Positions 52,154 to 61,276 of a stretch of 64,000 nt of DNA are shown here, piece by piece; the first letter of the stretch is position 1, and each line of letters begins with the position of its first letter. This stretch comes from a bacterium. GTDB taxonomy: Bacteria > UBA8248. The DNA lies in contig CBDATS010000015.1 of NCBI GenBank assembly GCA_965200245.1, positions 256,001-320,000 of the forward strand, written 5' to 3'. A program made the translations under genes and the position numbers. The notes beneath the pieces are model-generated. The model did not search any database and had not been told where the DNA came from. It was given only the letters and a program-made list of their open reading frames with translations.

Positions 52154-52870
52154 CTATTCGTGATAAATCGCCACGGCCCGCACGGGAGAGCCCGTTCCCC
52201 CACGTATCTTGAGCGGCAGGCACGAGAAAATGAACCTGGTGTTCACCACCTCTTTCAGGTTTCCCAGGTTCTCTACGTTCAGCACCTTGCGTTCCCGACA
52301 AACCTTGTGCGCCCAATAGCCCTTGTCCCGGAAGGCCTGGGAGGAATCAACGCTGGGTGAATCAATGCCGACGTTGATGCAGCCCCTGTCCGCGAGCCAA
52401 TTCATCGCCGCCTCACTCAATCCCGGATACGTGTGCAGCCAATTATGGAAATCCCCTCCACAGTTTGCCTCATAGTGGCCTGTCCAGATGAGCACGCTGC
52501 CCTTGTCAGGCACCTCAAGGCCCGCCTTTGCGCACGCTTCTTCCAAATCCGCCGGCTGCATCCAGTCTTCGGTGTTGCAGAATCTAGAGAGATCGAGGCA
52601 AATCGCCTCGTTGTAGAACCACTCAAGGCCGAGTTGATCGATCGTCTCCCCGTTCTTGTCGATATGGAAAAAGGCGTCCACGTGAGAAGGACCGTGGTCG
52701 CTCATCACGAGGCAGTTTGTCGTCGAGGTATGACCAGAGGGCGAATTGGCATAGGCCCTGGCTGTCTCGGCGTGCGTCTTGTTCGGAAAGATACCCGTCC
52801 GCTGGTGGCCAGGATATACGGGCATGCCGTCAAAAATCTCCTACGATAAATCCACAATGCGAAATTCCAT
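52154..52870 (-). pseudogene. Cyclase (kynurenine formamidase-like) family gene with in-frame TAG at codon 10
   Basis: MEFRIVDLS*EIFDGMPVYPG after a GGAG RBS; HGPSHVDA..H, GIDSPS, ENL, LPLKIRGGTGSPVRA intact. Confidence 0.7.
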
Positions 52871-53107
52871 TTCTTTGTTCTCCGTTTAATGGGTCGGGTG
52901 ACAAGATAAAAGGTGCGTGCGTGATTCTACCCAAGAGCATTCGAGAAAAACATATCCAATCGAAATTCACCCTTGGCAACCATCGATAGCCATCGAAATG
53001 TTGCGTAGCCTCCGTGCCTGTCCGCTGTTTTCGGGATTGCCATACCGGCGTCAATCCCGGTTAAGCCACCGTCAGCCCAGTGGATGCCGGAATGAAGAGC
53101 AAAAAGA

Positions 53108-53890
53108 TTATTCCTGAGGGTTCTCCCCCCCTTCCCACATTCTCCACTTCAAGATGATCGTCCCGAAAACGATGATGAGCACCACGCTTGCGATATATGC
53201 GGCGCGCACCGGACCAAACCACAGGCTGTCGGCGCGGAAGCCGCTCACCGCGGCGCGTCCCAGGGAATAGAGAACGAAGTAGAGACAGAAGATGAAACCC
53301 GGCTTGTGGTTCGTGAACCTGAGGCGCCTCAGGATGAAGAACCAGACGAGGTTCAGGAGAAGCTCATATATCATCACAGGGTGAGTCGCCTGGCCGGGAA
53401 ACTCCCTGCCCGCGATGGAAGTTATCGGAAACTCGACGCCCCAAGGCATTGTTGTCGGCACGCCGTGCGCATCGCCGTTCATGAAGTTGCCGAACCGCCC
53501 GAATACCTGGCCGAGCATGATGGAGGGTGCAACCACATCGGCGAAATCCCAAGTGGAGACGGCATGGTTTCTGAGGTACAGGTAGCCAGCCAATACGCCC
53601 CCGACAAGGCCACCGTGTATGGCGAGCCCCCCGCGCCAGATGGCGAAAACTTCCCATAAGGCGTCCCGGTAGAATTCCCAGTTGAACAGGACGTAATAGA
53701 TTCTCCCGCCGAGGATGCCGGCAAACATAACGAGGAGGCCGAAGTTCATCACTCCATCGGGCGTAATGGGCATTCCCTTGCGCTCGACCTCTCTCCTCAT
53801 CAGCCATACACCACCCAGCACGGCGGCGACGTACATGAGGCCATACCAGCGCAATGCGAAAGGTCCGATTTCGAATATAACGGGGCTCAA
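53108..53890 (-). CDS. lgt: Prolipoprotein diacylglyceryl transferase
   Basis: LRWYG, GGRIYY, GGLAIHGG, GRFGNFMN, HP..IYE. Confidence 0.95.
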   Translation of the reverse strand: MSPVIFEIGPFALRWYGLMYVAAVLGGVWLMRREVERKGMPITPDGVMNFGLLVMFAGILGGRIYYVLFNWEFYRDALWEVFAIWRGGLAIHGGLVGGVLAGYLYLRNHAVSTWDFADVVAPSIMLGQVFGRFGNFMNGDAHGVPTTMPWGVEFPITSIAGREFPGQATHPVMIYELLLNLVWFFILRRLRFTNHKPGFIFCLYFVLYSLGRAAVSGFRADSLWFGPVRAAYIASVVLIIVFGTIILKWRMWEGGENPQE

Positions 53891-53971
53891 GGTTCTGTTT
53901 CCTCAGTGGGCGGCGACGCGCCAGCGATTCTCAACGGAGCGAACGGGGTCGTCCTCTTCTCGACAGTGCGG

Positions 53972-55057
53972 TTATTTTTCGTGACGGTATATCTGGCTAT
54001 CGGGAAAATAATCCTTCCAGCCGAACCAGAACGCGAGCGTCGTGGCAAGCTGATTCAGCCTGGCTCCTTTAAGTGGCCCTTCCACGGCGAGTCCCGTCAA
54101 ACGCTGCCAGCGCGACCCCGTCTTCCTGTCCTTCATGAACCGGCAGGCGGCGGCGCCCCTGGCGCTTTTGTTCATGAGAAGTTCAAATTCCAGCGTCTCT
54201 CCCTTGAGGACGCGGTCGAAAACGACGCCCGTACCCGCCCCTTCACAATAGGTGACTACAACGTCACGGCCTGCGAAGCGGTCGTTCACGACGCCCGCGT
54301 GATTCAAGTCGGCGAAGGGGTAAACCTTGGCGATTTGCTTGCCTTTTTCTTTCAGTGAATCGAGCGTAAGGGCCACGACCAGGGTTTTCGGGTGCATGCG
54401 GTTGTCGCGGTATTTTTCGGGAATCACACCCGTTTGCGAACTGTAGTAATAGCCTTCATACGGGTCCCGTGAAAGGTTGCCGAACATGCTCCCCCTTGCG
54501 CGTCCCGTATTTTTCTTCAGCACAAGCGTGTCGGGATAGAGTTGCTTCCATTCGGAATAACGCATCATGGCAGCGGGGTACGTATTCAAGCGCTTGCCTT
54601 TCAAGGGACCGATGACGGCCTCGCCCGTCAGATGGCTCCATAGCGAATCCGTCTGGCGATCATACATGATGAGCACGTTCTTCCAGAGCTTCCCCGAAAC
54701 GCCGAAGCTGAATTCCTTGCCGTCCAGATTACGGTCATACACGATGGCCGTATAGCAGAGCGGTCACCAAGTAACGGAGACGGCGCTCCCTCCCACCACA
54801 TCGTTTACGATTTCGTGAGAACTCAGGAGGGGGACAGAATAGGCCCGCCTGTCTCCGTTGATATTGATGCCGATAACCATCTCATCGGGCTGCATGAAGG
54901 CGTCCGCATCCCTTGCGCTCGCGAATTCCGGATCGTCGATAGCGGGGATGCCGTCTTTTGGCAACAGGCTGCGAATCTCTGTTTCAGGGCTCGCGCCTGC
55001 AAGAACCGGCAAGGCGAGAACAACCAGCGCAAAAAGAACATTTCTCATCTGCTGCAT
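53972..55057 (-). CDS. Secreted DUF3179-family selenoprotein (Sec at TGA 54764-54766)
   Basis: Two ORF-track pieces are in frame across one TGA: VTW-U-PLCYT; KDGIPAIDDP, HEIVND, FGVSGKL, MYDRQTDSLW, FWFGW motifs; signal peptide. Confidence 0.88.
54730..54752 (-). promoter_or_regulatory. Candidate bacterial SECIS element
   Basis: TACGG-C-CAT-CGTGT-ATG-A-CCGTA hairpin starting 11 nt after the UGA, with G in the apical loop. Confidence 0.7.
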
Positions 55058-55088
55058 GAGTGCGCTCTCCTTCAAGCGGATACAATCG

Positions 55089-56510
55089 TCAACTCCCGAA
55101 TCCGTGCAACACCACAAAAACCGTTCGCTCTCCGCGGCTCGTCCCGTGCACGATTCGGCCCAGAACGTCCGTACCGGAGGGAATTTCCCCCAGCAGTGCC
55201 TCGACATCTTCGATTTTTTCGATGGCGACGCGTATGGGCGTTTTCTCGCCTCCGGGCTTGCGATAGGTCAATTCCCTGATCACCATGCCTTCCCGCAGGC
55301 CGTCATAAAATGCCCTGCTTCCTTCCTTCACGTCCCTGATGTACGCGCCGCCATCCGTCGTCAGGTTGCTTTTTTCTCTTAATTCATCCGTCAGGGTTTC
55401 GAGCGACACGCCATAGCTCTTCGCCTCGGAGGGTTCCCGGGCATTATCTTCGCGCATTTTGAATGCCACGGCTTCCTGCCCTGGCAGGCGGACCAGCTTG
55501 ATCTTGAATTTTCGTAAAGTGGCGTCACGCATCACTTCTACCGCCGCGTCTTCTCCGGGTGGTGTCCAGCCCACGAGACGCTGCAGGTGGGGCGGATCCA
55601 CGATGTTCGCACCGTTCACGCGAACGATGACGTCTCCCGTGCGGATGCCCGATCCCTCCGCTGGTCCGTCCTTGAGAAGTGAACCCACGAGTGCGCCCTT
55701 CGCCTCCGGGAGTCCCAGCAGGCGAACCATGTCCCGGGTCACCGGTTGTATGGTCACGCCCAGGTAACCACGCGGAAAGTTTCCGCTTCGTTTCAGATAC
55801 TTGATGACATCTTTCGCCATGTTGACGGGAATGGCGAAACCGATGCCGCTGCCCGGGGCCGGGATCGCTGTGTTGATGCCAATCACTTGCCCGTCGATGT
55901 TCAGCAAGGGGCCCCCGCTGTTGCCTCGGTTGATGGCCGCGTCCGTCTGGATGAAATACTCATAGCGAGCGACGCCTACACCACTGCGCCCGATTCCGCT
56001 CACGACGCCCACTGTAAACGTCCTCGTGATACCGAACGGATCGCCTACCGCTATCGACCATTGTCCCACCTTCACCTTGTCGGAATCGCCGAGCGTCGCC
56101 GCGGGCAACGGGCGTTTCGCATTGATTTTGACGAGTGCCAAGTCTGTATACGGGTCCGCGCCGACGATTTTTCCCCAGTACGCCGAATCGTCCGAGAGAC
56201 GCACGCGCAGCCTTCTCGTATTGCTGACCACATGATTGTTCGTAAGAATGTAGCCTGCCGGATCAATGATCACGCCCGAACCCGAGGAGAACAGCGGTAT
56301 GTTCGGATGGGGCGACTGGGGATTCTTCTGTGGGCTTCCCGCTTTCCTTACTGCCCGGATGCTAACCACCGTCGGCTTTACGCCTTCCGCTATCGTGGTG
56401 AACGTCTTTTCGATTTTTTTCATGAAACCGACGTCCGGGATTATCTGTGCGTACGCGGCGGATGTCATCAGCAGCGTCAGGAGCATTGGCATGACGAGGC
56501 GGTAAATCAT
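55089..56510 (-). CDS. Do/DegP (HtrA) serine protease with two PDZ domains
   Basis: TNNHVV, TDLAL, QTDAAINRGNSGGPL, IGFAIP, RGYLGV. Confidence 0.93.
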   Translation of the reverse strand: MIYRLVMPMLLTLLMTSAAYAQIIPDVGFMKKIEKTFTTIAEGVKPTVVSIRAVRKAGSPQKNPQSPHPNIPLFSSGSGVIIDPAGYILTNNHVVSNTRRLRVRLSDDSAYWGKIVGADPYTDLALVKINAKRPLPAATLGDSDKVKVGQWSIAVGDPFGITRTFTVGVVSGIGRSGVGVARYEYFIQTDAAINRGNSGGPLLNIDGQVIGINTAIPAPGSGIGFAIPVNMAKDVIKYLKRSGNFPRGYLGVTIQPVTRDMVRLLGLPEAKGALVGSLLKDGPAEGSGIRTGDVIVRVNGANIVDPPHLQRLVGWTPPGEDAAVEVMRDATLRKFKIKLVRLPGQEAVAFKMREDNAREPSEAKSYGVSLETLTDELREKSNLTTDGGAYIRDVKEGSRAFYDGLREGMVIRELTYRKPGGEKTPIRVAIEKIEDVEALLGEIPSGTDVLGRIVHGTSRGERTVFVVLHGFGS

Positions 56511-56706
56511 GGAATCCTCATATTGTCGTTTTGAAGACGGCCCGTTTTTGCCGGGCGATTATACAGCGAAGTCAGGCAGTTGAAACCGCATACCGGAAAA
56601 AATCCCCTCCCCGTGCGTCAAAGCAACAAGACGCGTGCAGGTTCGTTCAACCGGTCGGTTTCGCGCGCTCTCCTTTCCCGAGACGCCTGCGACCACAGGA
56701 TGTGGT

Positions 56707-57165
56707 TCACTTCACTTCGAGTATCACCTCGAGTTCCACAGGTGCTCCCATGGGAAGTTCCGCCACGCCCACCGCCACTCTGGCGTGTCTGCCCGCCTCA
56801 CCGAAAATCTCGACGGCCAGGTCCGATGCCCCGTTCACGACGAGTGGTTGTGCGGTGAAATCCTCCGAAGAGGTCACATAACCGCTCATGCGGACGATTC
56901 TCTCCACGCGTTCCAGATCGCCCAGAGCCGCTTTCGCTTGCGCCACGGCGTTCAGAAAACAAAGCGCTGCACATTCCCGACCCTGTTCGATGGAGACTTC
57001 GCCCGGCACTTTCCCTTCATAAATCATCGCCCCGTCCTTGATGGGGATCTGGCCCGAGATGAACATCAACGAGCCCGAGATGACGTATGGAACATACGCC
57101 CCGACAGGGGCGGGCGCAGGTGGCAGTTCGATTCCCAGTTCACTGATTCGACCATCGACACTCAT
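56707..57165 (-). CDS. RidA family protein
   Basis: YVP, ISGQIP, NGASDL, HAR.AVGV..LP..APVE. Confidence 0.9.
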   Translation of the reverse strand: MSVDGRISELGIELPPAPAPVGAYVPYVISGSLMFISGQIPIKDGAMIYEGKVPGEVSIEQGRECAALCFLNAVAQAKAALGDLERVERIVRMSGYVTSSEDFTAQPLVVNGASDLAVEIFGEAGRHARVAVGVAELPMGAPVELEVILEVK

Positions 57166-57785
57166 TTTGGCTCCCCACTCATGAAGACAGATTTGATAGT
57201 TTCGAATTCCTCCGGCGTGTTTGCGTTCAGAAAAGACGTCCCTCCGGGGTCCCACGCTCTCCAGGCCCCCTCCTCGACTCGCCTCACGCGCACGCGGTCG
57301 TGAAAACCTATCATCTTCAGGTTACCTCTTGAAATGGATTCTTCGATATAGGGCACGCAATTTTTTCCATAAAAGGCGCACAGGGGCTCGGGGTAAGCGT
57401 CCTTGACTGGGACCGCAACGTCCCAGCCTTCCGCAAGGGAGGCGAGGCCGCAGATGAGCGCGGGCCGAAGCAGCGGCATGTCGCACCCCGCCACGAAAAC
57501 GAGCGAGCACTCCGCCTTCGCCACGGCAGTGTGGAGACCACCCAGTGAGTCGTTACCGGGGTGAATATCCCCTACGACGGCGAGGCCCATCTGCTCGAAT
57601 CGTTCCCGCTCATTTGCCACTACGAACACTTGCGCGAAGATCTCCTCAAAAATATCCGCGATGCGTCGGATGATGGGAACCCCGCCCATCTCCAGCATGG
57701 ATTTGTCGCTCCCCATGCGGCGGCTCCTGCCCCCTGCCAGGATGGCAGCGGAATACGGCAATTTGCGCACCTGTTCAGTGCTCAT
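57162..57785 (-). CDS. mobA: Molybdenum cofactor guanylyltransferase
   Basis: ILAGGRSRRMGSDK, LGGL, CDMP, EPLCAFY, N.NTPEE. Confidence 0.92.
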   Translation of the reverse strand: MSTEQVRKLPYSAAILAGGRSRRMGSDKSMLEMGGVPIIRRIADIFEEIFAQVFVVANERERFEQMGLAVVGDIHPGNDSLGGLHTAVAKAECSLVFVAGCDMPLLRPALICGLASLAEGWDVAVPVKDAYPEPLCAFYGKNCVPYIEESISRGNLKMIGFHDRVRVRRVEEGAWRAWDPGGTSFLNANTPEEFETIKSVFMSGEPK

Positions 57786-57828
57786 GCGCAACGCTCCGGC
57801 AGAATTCGGTATGCTATGGGCGATTTGC

Positions 57829-59127
57829 TCAGGAGTGCACGCCTTCGAGGGCGGCCGCTTCGGAATGTTCGGGTTTTTCGGCGGGCATCTCTCCCAGGAG
57901 GATGACCTGTGCACGGCTTCCGGCGGCGAGTTCTGTTTCGTATTCCGGAAATACAACCAAGGCGTTCGCCCGCACCATGGAGTGCAGGATGTTCGATCCC
58001 TGGGCCTCAATCGCCCGGACGGCCCACCCCTCCCCGTCGCGGTAGGCGATGGAGCGAACGTAGTGGCGGCGCTCGGGCGATTTCCTGAGCGGGTGCAAAA
58101 GGCGCGCCTCAATACTCGGGCGGAAGAGATTCCCGTGGCCCTGCATCTTGAGCAGTGACGGCCGCACGAACAATTCGAAACTCACCATCGTGGAAACGGG
58201 GTTTCCCGGCAGGCCGAACACGGGCTTTCCGTTCAGCACGCCGAATGCCATCGGCTTGCCCGGCTTCATGCGAACGCGCCAGAAACGCATGTCGTTTCCC
58301 AGGCCGCTGAGCGTGGACTTCACGAGATCGAAATCGCCGACGGAGACGCCTCCACTCGTGATGAGCAGATCAGCGGCCAGCCCGTCATGAATGTGACGGC
58401 TCAAACTCTCCGCGTCGTCGCGGGCGATACCCAGAAGAATCGGCTCACCACCGGCTTCCATCGTCTGTGCCGCCAGGGCGTAGGAATTCGAGTTGAATAT
58501 CTGCCCGACACCGGGAGAGTCGCCCAGGTCGACCAGTTCCTCTCCTGTCGCCAGAATGGCCACCCTGGGTTTCTGGTACACGCTCACCCACGCCCGGCCG
58601 ATGTTTGCCAGCATCCCAGCGGAAGCCGCGCCTAGCAGTGTTCCGCGCGAGAGAACCGTCTCGCCCGGCTTCACGTCCTCCCCGGCGAGCCGGACGGACT
58701 CTCCCTCGCACGCAGCGAGGAATATCTGCACTTCATCGTCTGAAATTCTCTCGGTTTCTTCCACCAGCACGACAGCATTTGCGCCTTCGGGGATGGGTGC
58801 GCCGGTCATGATCTTGATGGCCTCGCCCGGGCCGAGCGCGCGGCTCGCCACGACGCCGGCCTGAATCTCTTCGATTACCCGCAATTTCCTGGGCGTCTCC
58901 CGGCTTGCGCCACGAACGTCTTCTGCGCGCAGGGCGTAGCCGTCCATTGCCGAATTGTTCCATGGCGGAACCGGTCGCGGAGACTGGACATCCTCGGCGA
59001 GCACCCTGCCCGGAGAATCGAGCAGGCCCACCCGCTCACGCCCCATCGGGCGTATCATCTCCAATATTGAGTTCTGGGCTTCTTCCACGCTGATCATCAA
59101 TAACTCCTGATACCCCGAAACAGACAT
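57829..59127 (-). CDS. moeA: Molybdopterin molybdotransferase
   Basis: SAMDGYA, IMTGAP, TGEEL, SGGVSVGDFD, MKPGKP, GLPGNP. Confidence 0.95.
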   Translation of the reverse strand: MSVSGYQELLMISVEEAQNSILEMIRPMGRERVGLLDSPGRVLAEDVQSPRPVPPWNNSAMDGYALRAEDVRGASRETPRKLRVIEEIQAGVVASRALGPGEAIKIMTGAPIPEGANAVVLVEETERISDDEVQIFLAACEGESVRLAGEDVKPGETVLSRGTLLGAASAGMLANIGRAWVSVYQKPRVAILATGEELVDLGDSPGVGQIFNSNSYALAAQTMEAGGEPILLGIARDDAESLSRHIHDGLAADLLITSGGVSVGDFDLVKSTLSGLGNDMRFWRVRMKPGKPMAFGVLNGKPVFGLPGNPVSTMVSFELFVRPSLLKMQGHGNLFRPSIEARLLHPLRKSPERRHYVRSIAYRDGEGWAVRAIEAQGSNILHSMVRANALVVFPEYETELAAGSRAQVILLGEMPAEKPEHSEAAALEGVHS

Positions 59128-59245
59128 TTCTCATCCTCGCCGCCATTATATTATAGCCGACACCCGTGAGGGTACAAGCCGAGAGCCGCTCAAACAGGTA
59201 CGAGCGTATTTGCGAATTGCGGACGTTTCCGTAAGATGAGATCCT

Positions 59246-59689
59246 ATGCCAAAGGACCAGTACAGCTACAAGAGTGAAATACGTGTGCGTTTCGGGGAAA
59301 CTGATCTCCAGGGCGTGGTGTTCAACGCCAACTATCTCCTCTATGTCGACACCGCGCAGATGGATTATCTGCGAGACATCGGTGTCCCATACTTTGACAT
59401 GCTGGATAGGGGCTACGACATCGTCATCGTCGACGCCTCTGTCCAGTTTCTGGCGCCCGCCCATTTCGATGAGGTTCTTGAGGTATACGCGCGTATTTAC
59501 GAAATCGGAAACTCAAGCATCAAGATGGACTATGAAATCTACGAGACCGAAACGGAACGCTTCGTCGCCAAGGTGCAGGCGGCCTACGTCATCGTGGACA
59601 AAGACTCGAAAACGTCTGTCCGCGTACCTTCCTACATCCGCCGCGCCGCCCGGTCGTTCGAATCGAGAGAAGATATCGAGGAATTCTAG
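59246..59689 (+). CDS. Hotdog-fold acyl-CoA thioesterase (YbgC/FadM-like)
   Basis: VRFGETDLQGVVFNANYL, PAHFD. Confidence 0.88.
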   Translation: MPKDQYSYKSEIRVRFGETDLQGVVFNANYLLYVDTAQMDYLRDIGVPYFDMLDRGYDIVIVDASVQFLAPAHFDEVLEVYARIYEIGNSSIKMDYEIYETETERFVAKVQAAYVIVDKDSKTSVRVPSYIRRAARSFESREDIEEF

Positions 59690-60483
59690 CGGGCCATTGT
59701 TTCGGGTGAATCATATGTTTATCTGACAAAACGGTTGGCAGTATATTGTCAATAACATATTGTAAATGTACCACTTATGCTTGATGGACAAACCTTGAAA
59801 AAACATGATGAATCATCTCTGATGAGCCAATTGAATTGACGGAAGGACCTGGTCTTGTCATCAGCGCAATCCAGGCGTTTCAAATCTTCCACGACAACCA
59901 AATCACGGACAGAAATTTCAGGATCCGGGCGAAAGATTCAGAATGCAGGCATGAAGAAACCACGGCTGGGATCAGGGAATTAGTCAAAAAAAGGGGAATT
60001 ATCTACTTAATCCGCAGGTCTGAGTATCCTGATTTTGCGTTTTCCGGGTGTATTGTTTTGCGTCACAGGCGGAATTACTGTCAGAACCAGTATATGCGCC
60101 GCCTTCTTCCATTCAGCCCATACACCGGAACTGACAGTAACCCGAAAGTGGGCAGTTTCGCATATAAATTCCCTTATTGATATCAACCGTGATCGTCAGG
60201 GGACGCAGCCGCGATACGGCCTGGTTTTCCCTCACCCGGGAGGAATGATCTGCTGTCCGCCAGGCACACGACCACTGGCTCGCGCCGGACAGTTTCGACG
60301 CCACGGGCCGCCAGAAACGCCCGCCAGGCACCCTCACCCGCGCGTTTTGGTAAAAGGCCTGTTTCCCCTGGACGATCAGTTGCCGTCCGGGGCAGGAAAT
60401 CGTGACACCCCAATCTCCCTGATACCTGCGAGCATCGTCCCAATAATCGCCGTCACTGGCGTCTTTCAACTTGTGTCTCCAGG

Positions 60484-60750
60484 TCATTCTGGCCAACCAT
60501 CATTGTACCATGGAGCCCCGCCGCTGACGCTCTCGAGGTCGCTGTCGGGGATCAGCGACGAGGGCGGGATCACCAGATGCGCATGATCCGCACTGTCCTC
60601 GAGCACCGAAACCGAAAAACCGGCCGGCAGGGCGACATCGAACTCGCTTTCGATCGTGCCGCGCGGGTCGTCGAGCAGTTTCTGCCGGAACGCCTCGTCC
60701 GTGCCTGCCTTCTCACTCAGCTGCTGCCGCATCTCGGCCGCTGTCTTCAT
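60484..60750 (-). CDS. NHLP-leader RiPP precursor peptide
   Basis: KA..DEAFRQKLLDDPR..IE.E....LP....V.V.ED.....HLVIPP...DSDLESVSGG, then a 10-aa core; AGGAG RBS. Confidence 0.88.
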   Translation of the reverse strand: MKTAAEMRQQLSEKAGTDEAFRQKLLDDPRGTIESEFDVALPAGFSVSVLEDSADHAHLVIPPSSLIPDSDLESVSGGAPWYNDGWPE

Positions 60751-61276
60751 GTTCCTGTCTCCTTTCCCGAGAAAATGTGGGGAGGATACCCCAATGCTTC
60801 CGTTTTTTTTGCATCATGAACAGGATATGGGATATTCCGATGGGAACGCAAGAATTTTTGGGGTTTTTCCGGTGAGGAACAGGCTTCCTCCCGGAACCCC
60901 GTCCGTGTGTCCCCGCTCTCCCGGGAAACCGGCGGCCGTAGAGTCCGTCTTTCCAAAATTCAGGTATTCAGACTTGTGGATTCAAGTATGTAGTTCCCCC
61001 CAAACGAGGACAAATAACACCCGTTTTTTTGTCAAATACGGCGCGAATAATGCAATTAACGCCATTTTAAACTCTATTTGAAAAAATCGTGCCGTTGAGA
61101 AGCACTAATCTTCATGCTAGCATGAAGATTAGTAAAAACATTTCAGAAAGATTGCTTTTTTGACACTTTTCACCCTGTAACGAGCGTGGTGGATTTTGCG
61201 GGTTTTTCGTCTATTGTTGTTCGAAGCTTTTCGCTGTAACGGGCACATCATTCTGCAACACGATAAAGGAGGGAAT

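Noticed and set aside
57786-58112. N-terminal extension of mobA in the ORF track (also the extensions of apt, metY2 and ridA)
   Set aside because: Overlaps upstream genes or lacks an RBS; downstream ATGs fit the family start better
61040-61056. TGGCGTTAATTGCA (minus strand) as a sigma54 promoter for the RiPP precursor
   Set aside because: GG-to-GC spacing is two bases shorter than the strict -24/-12 requirement
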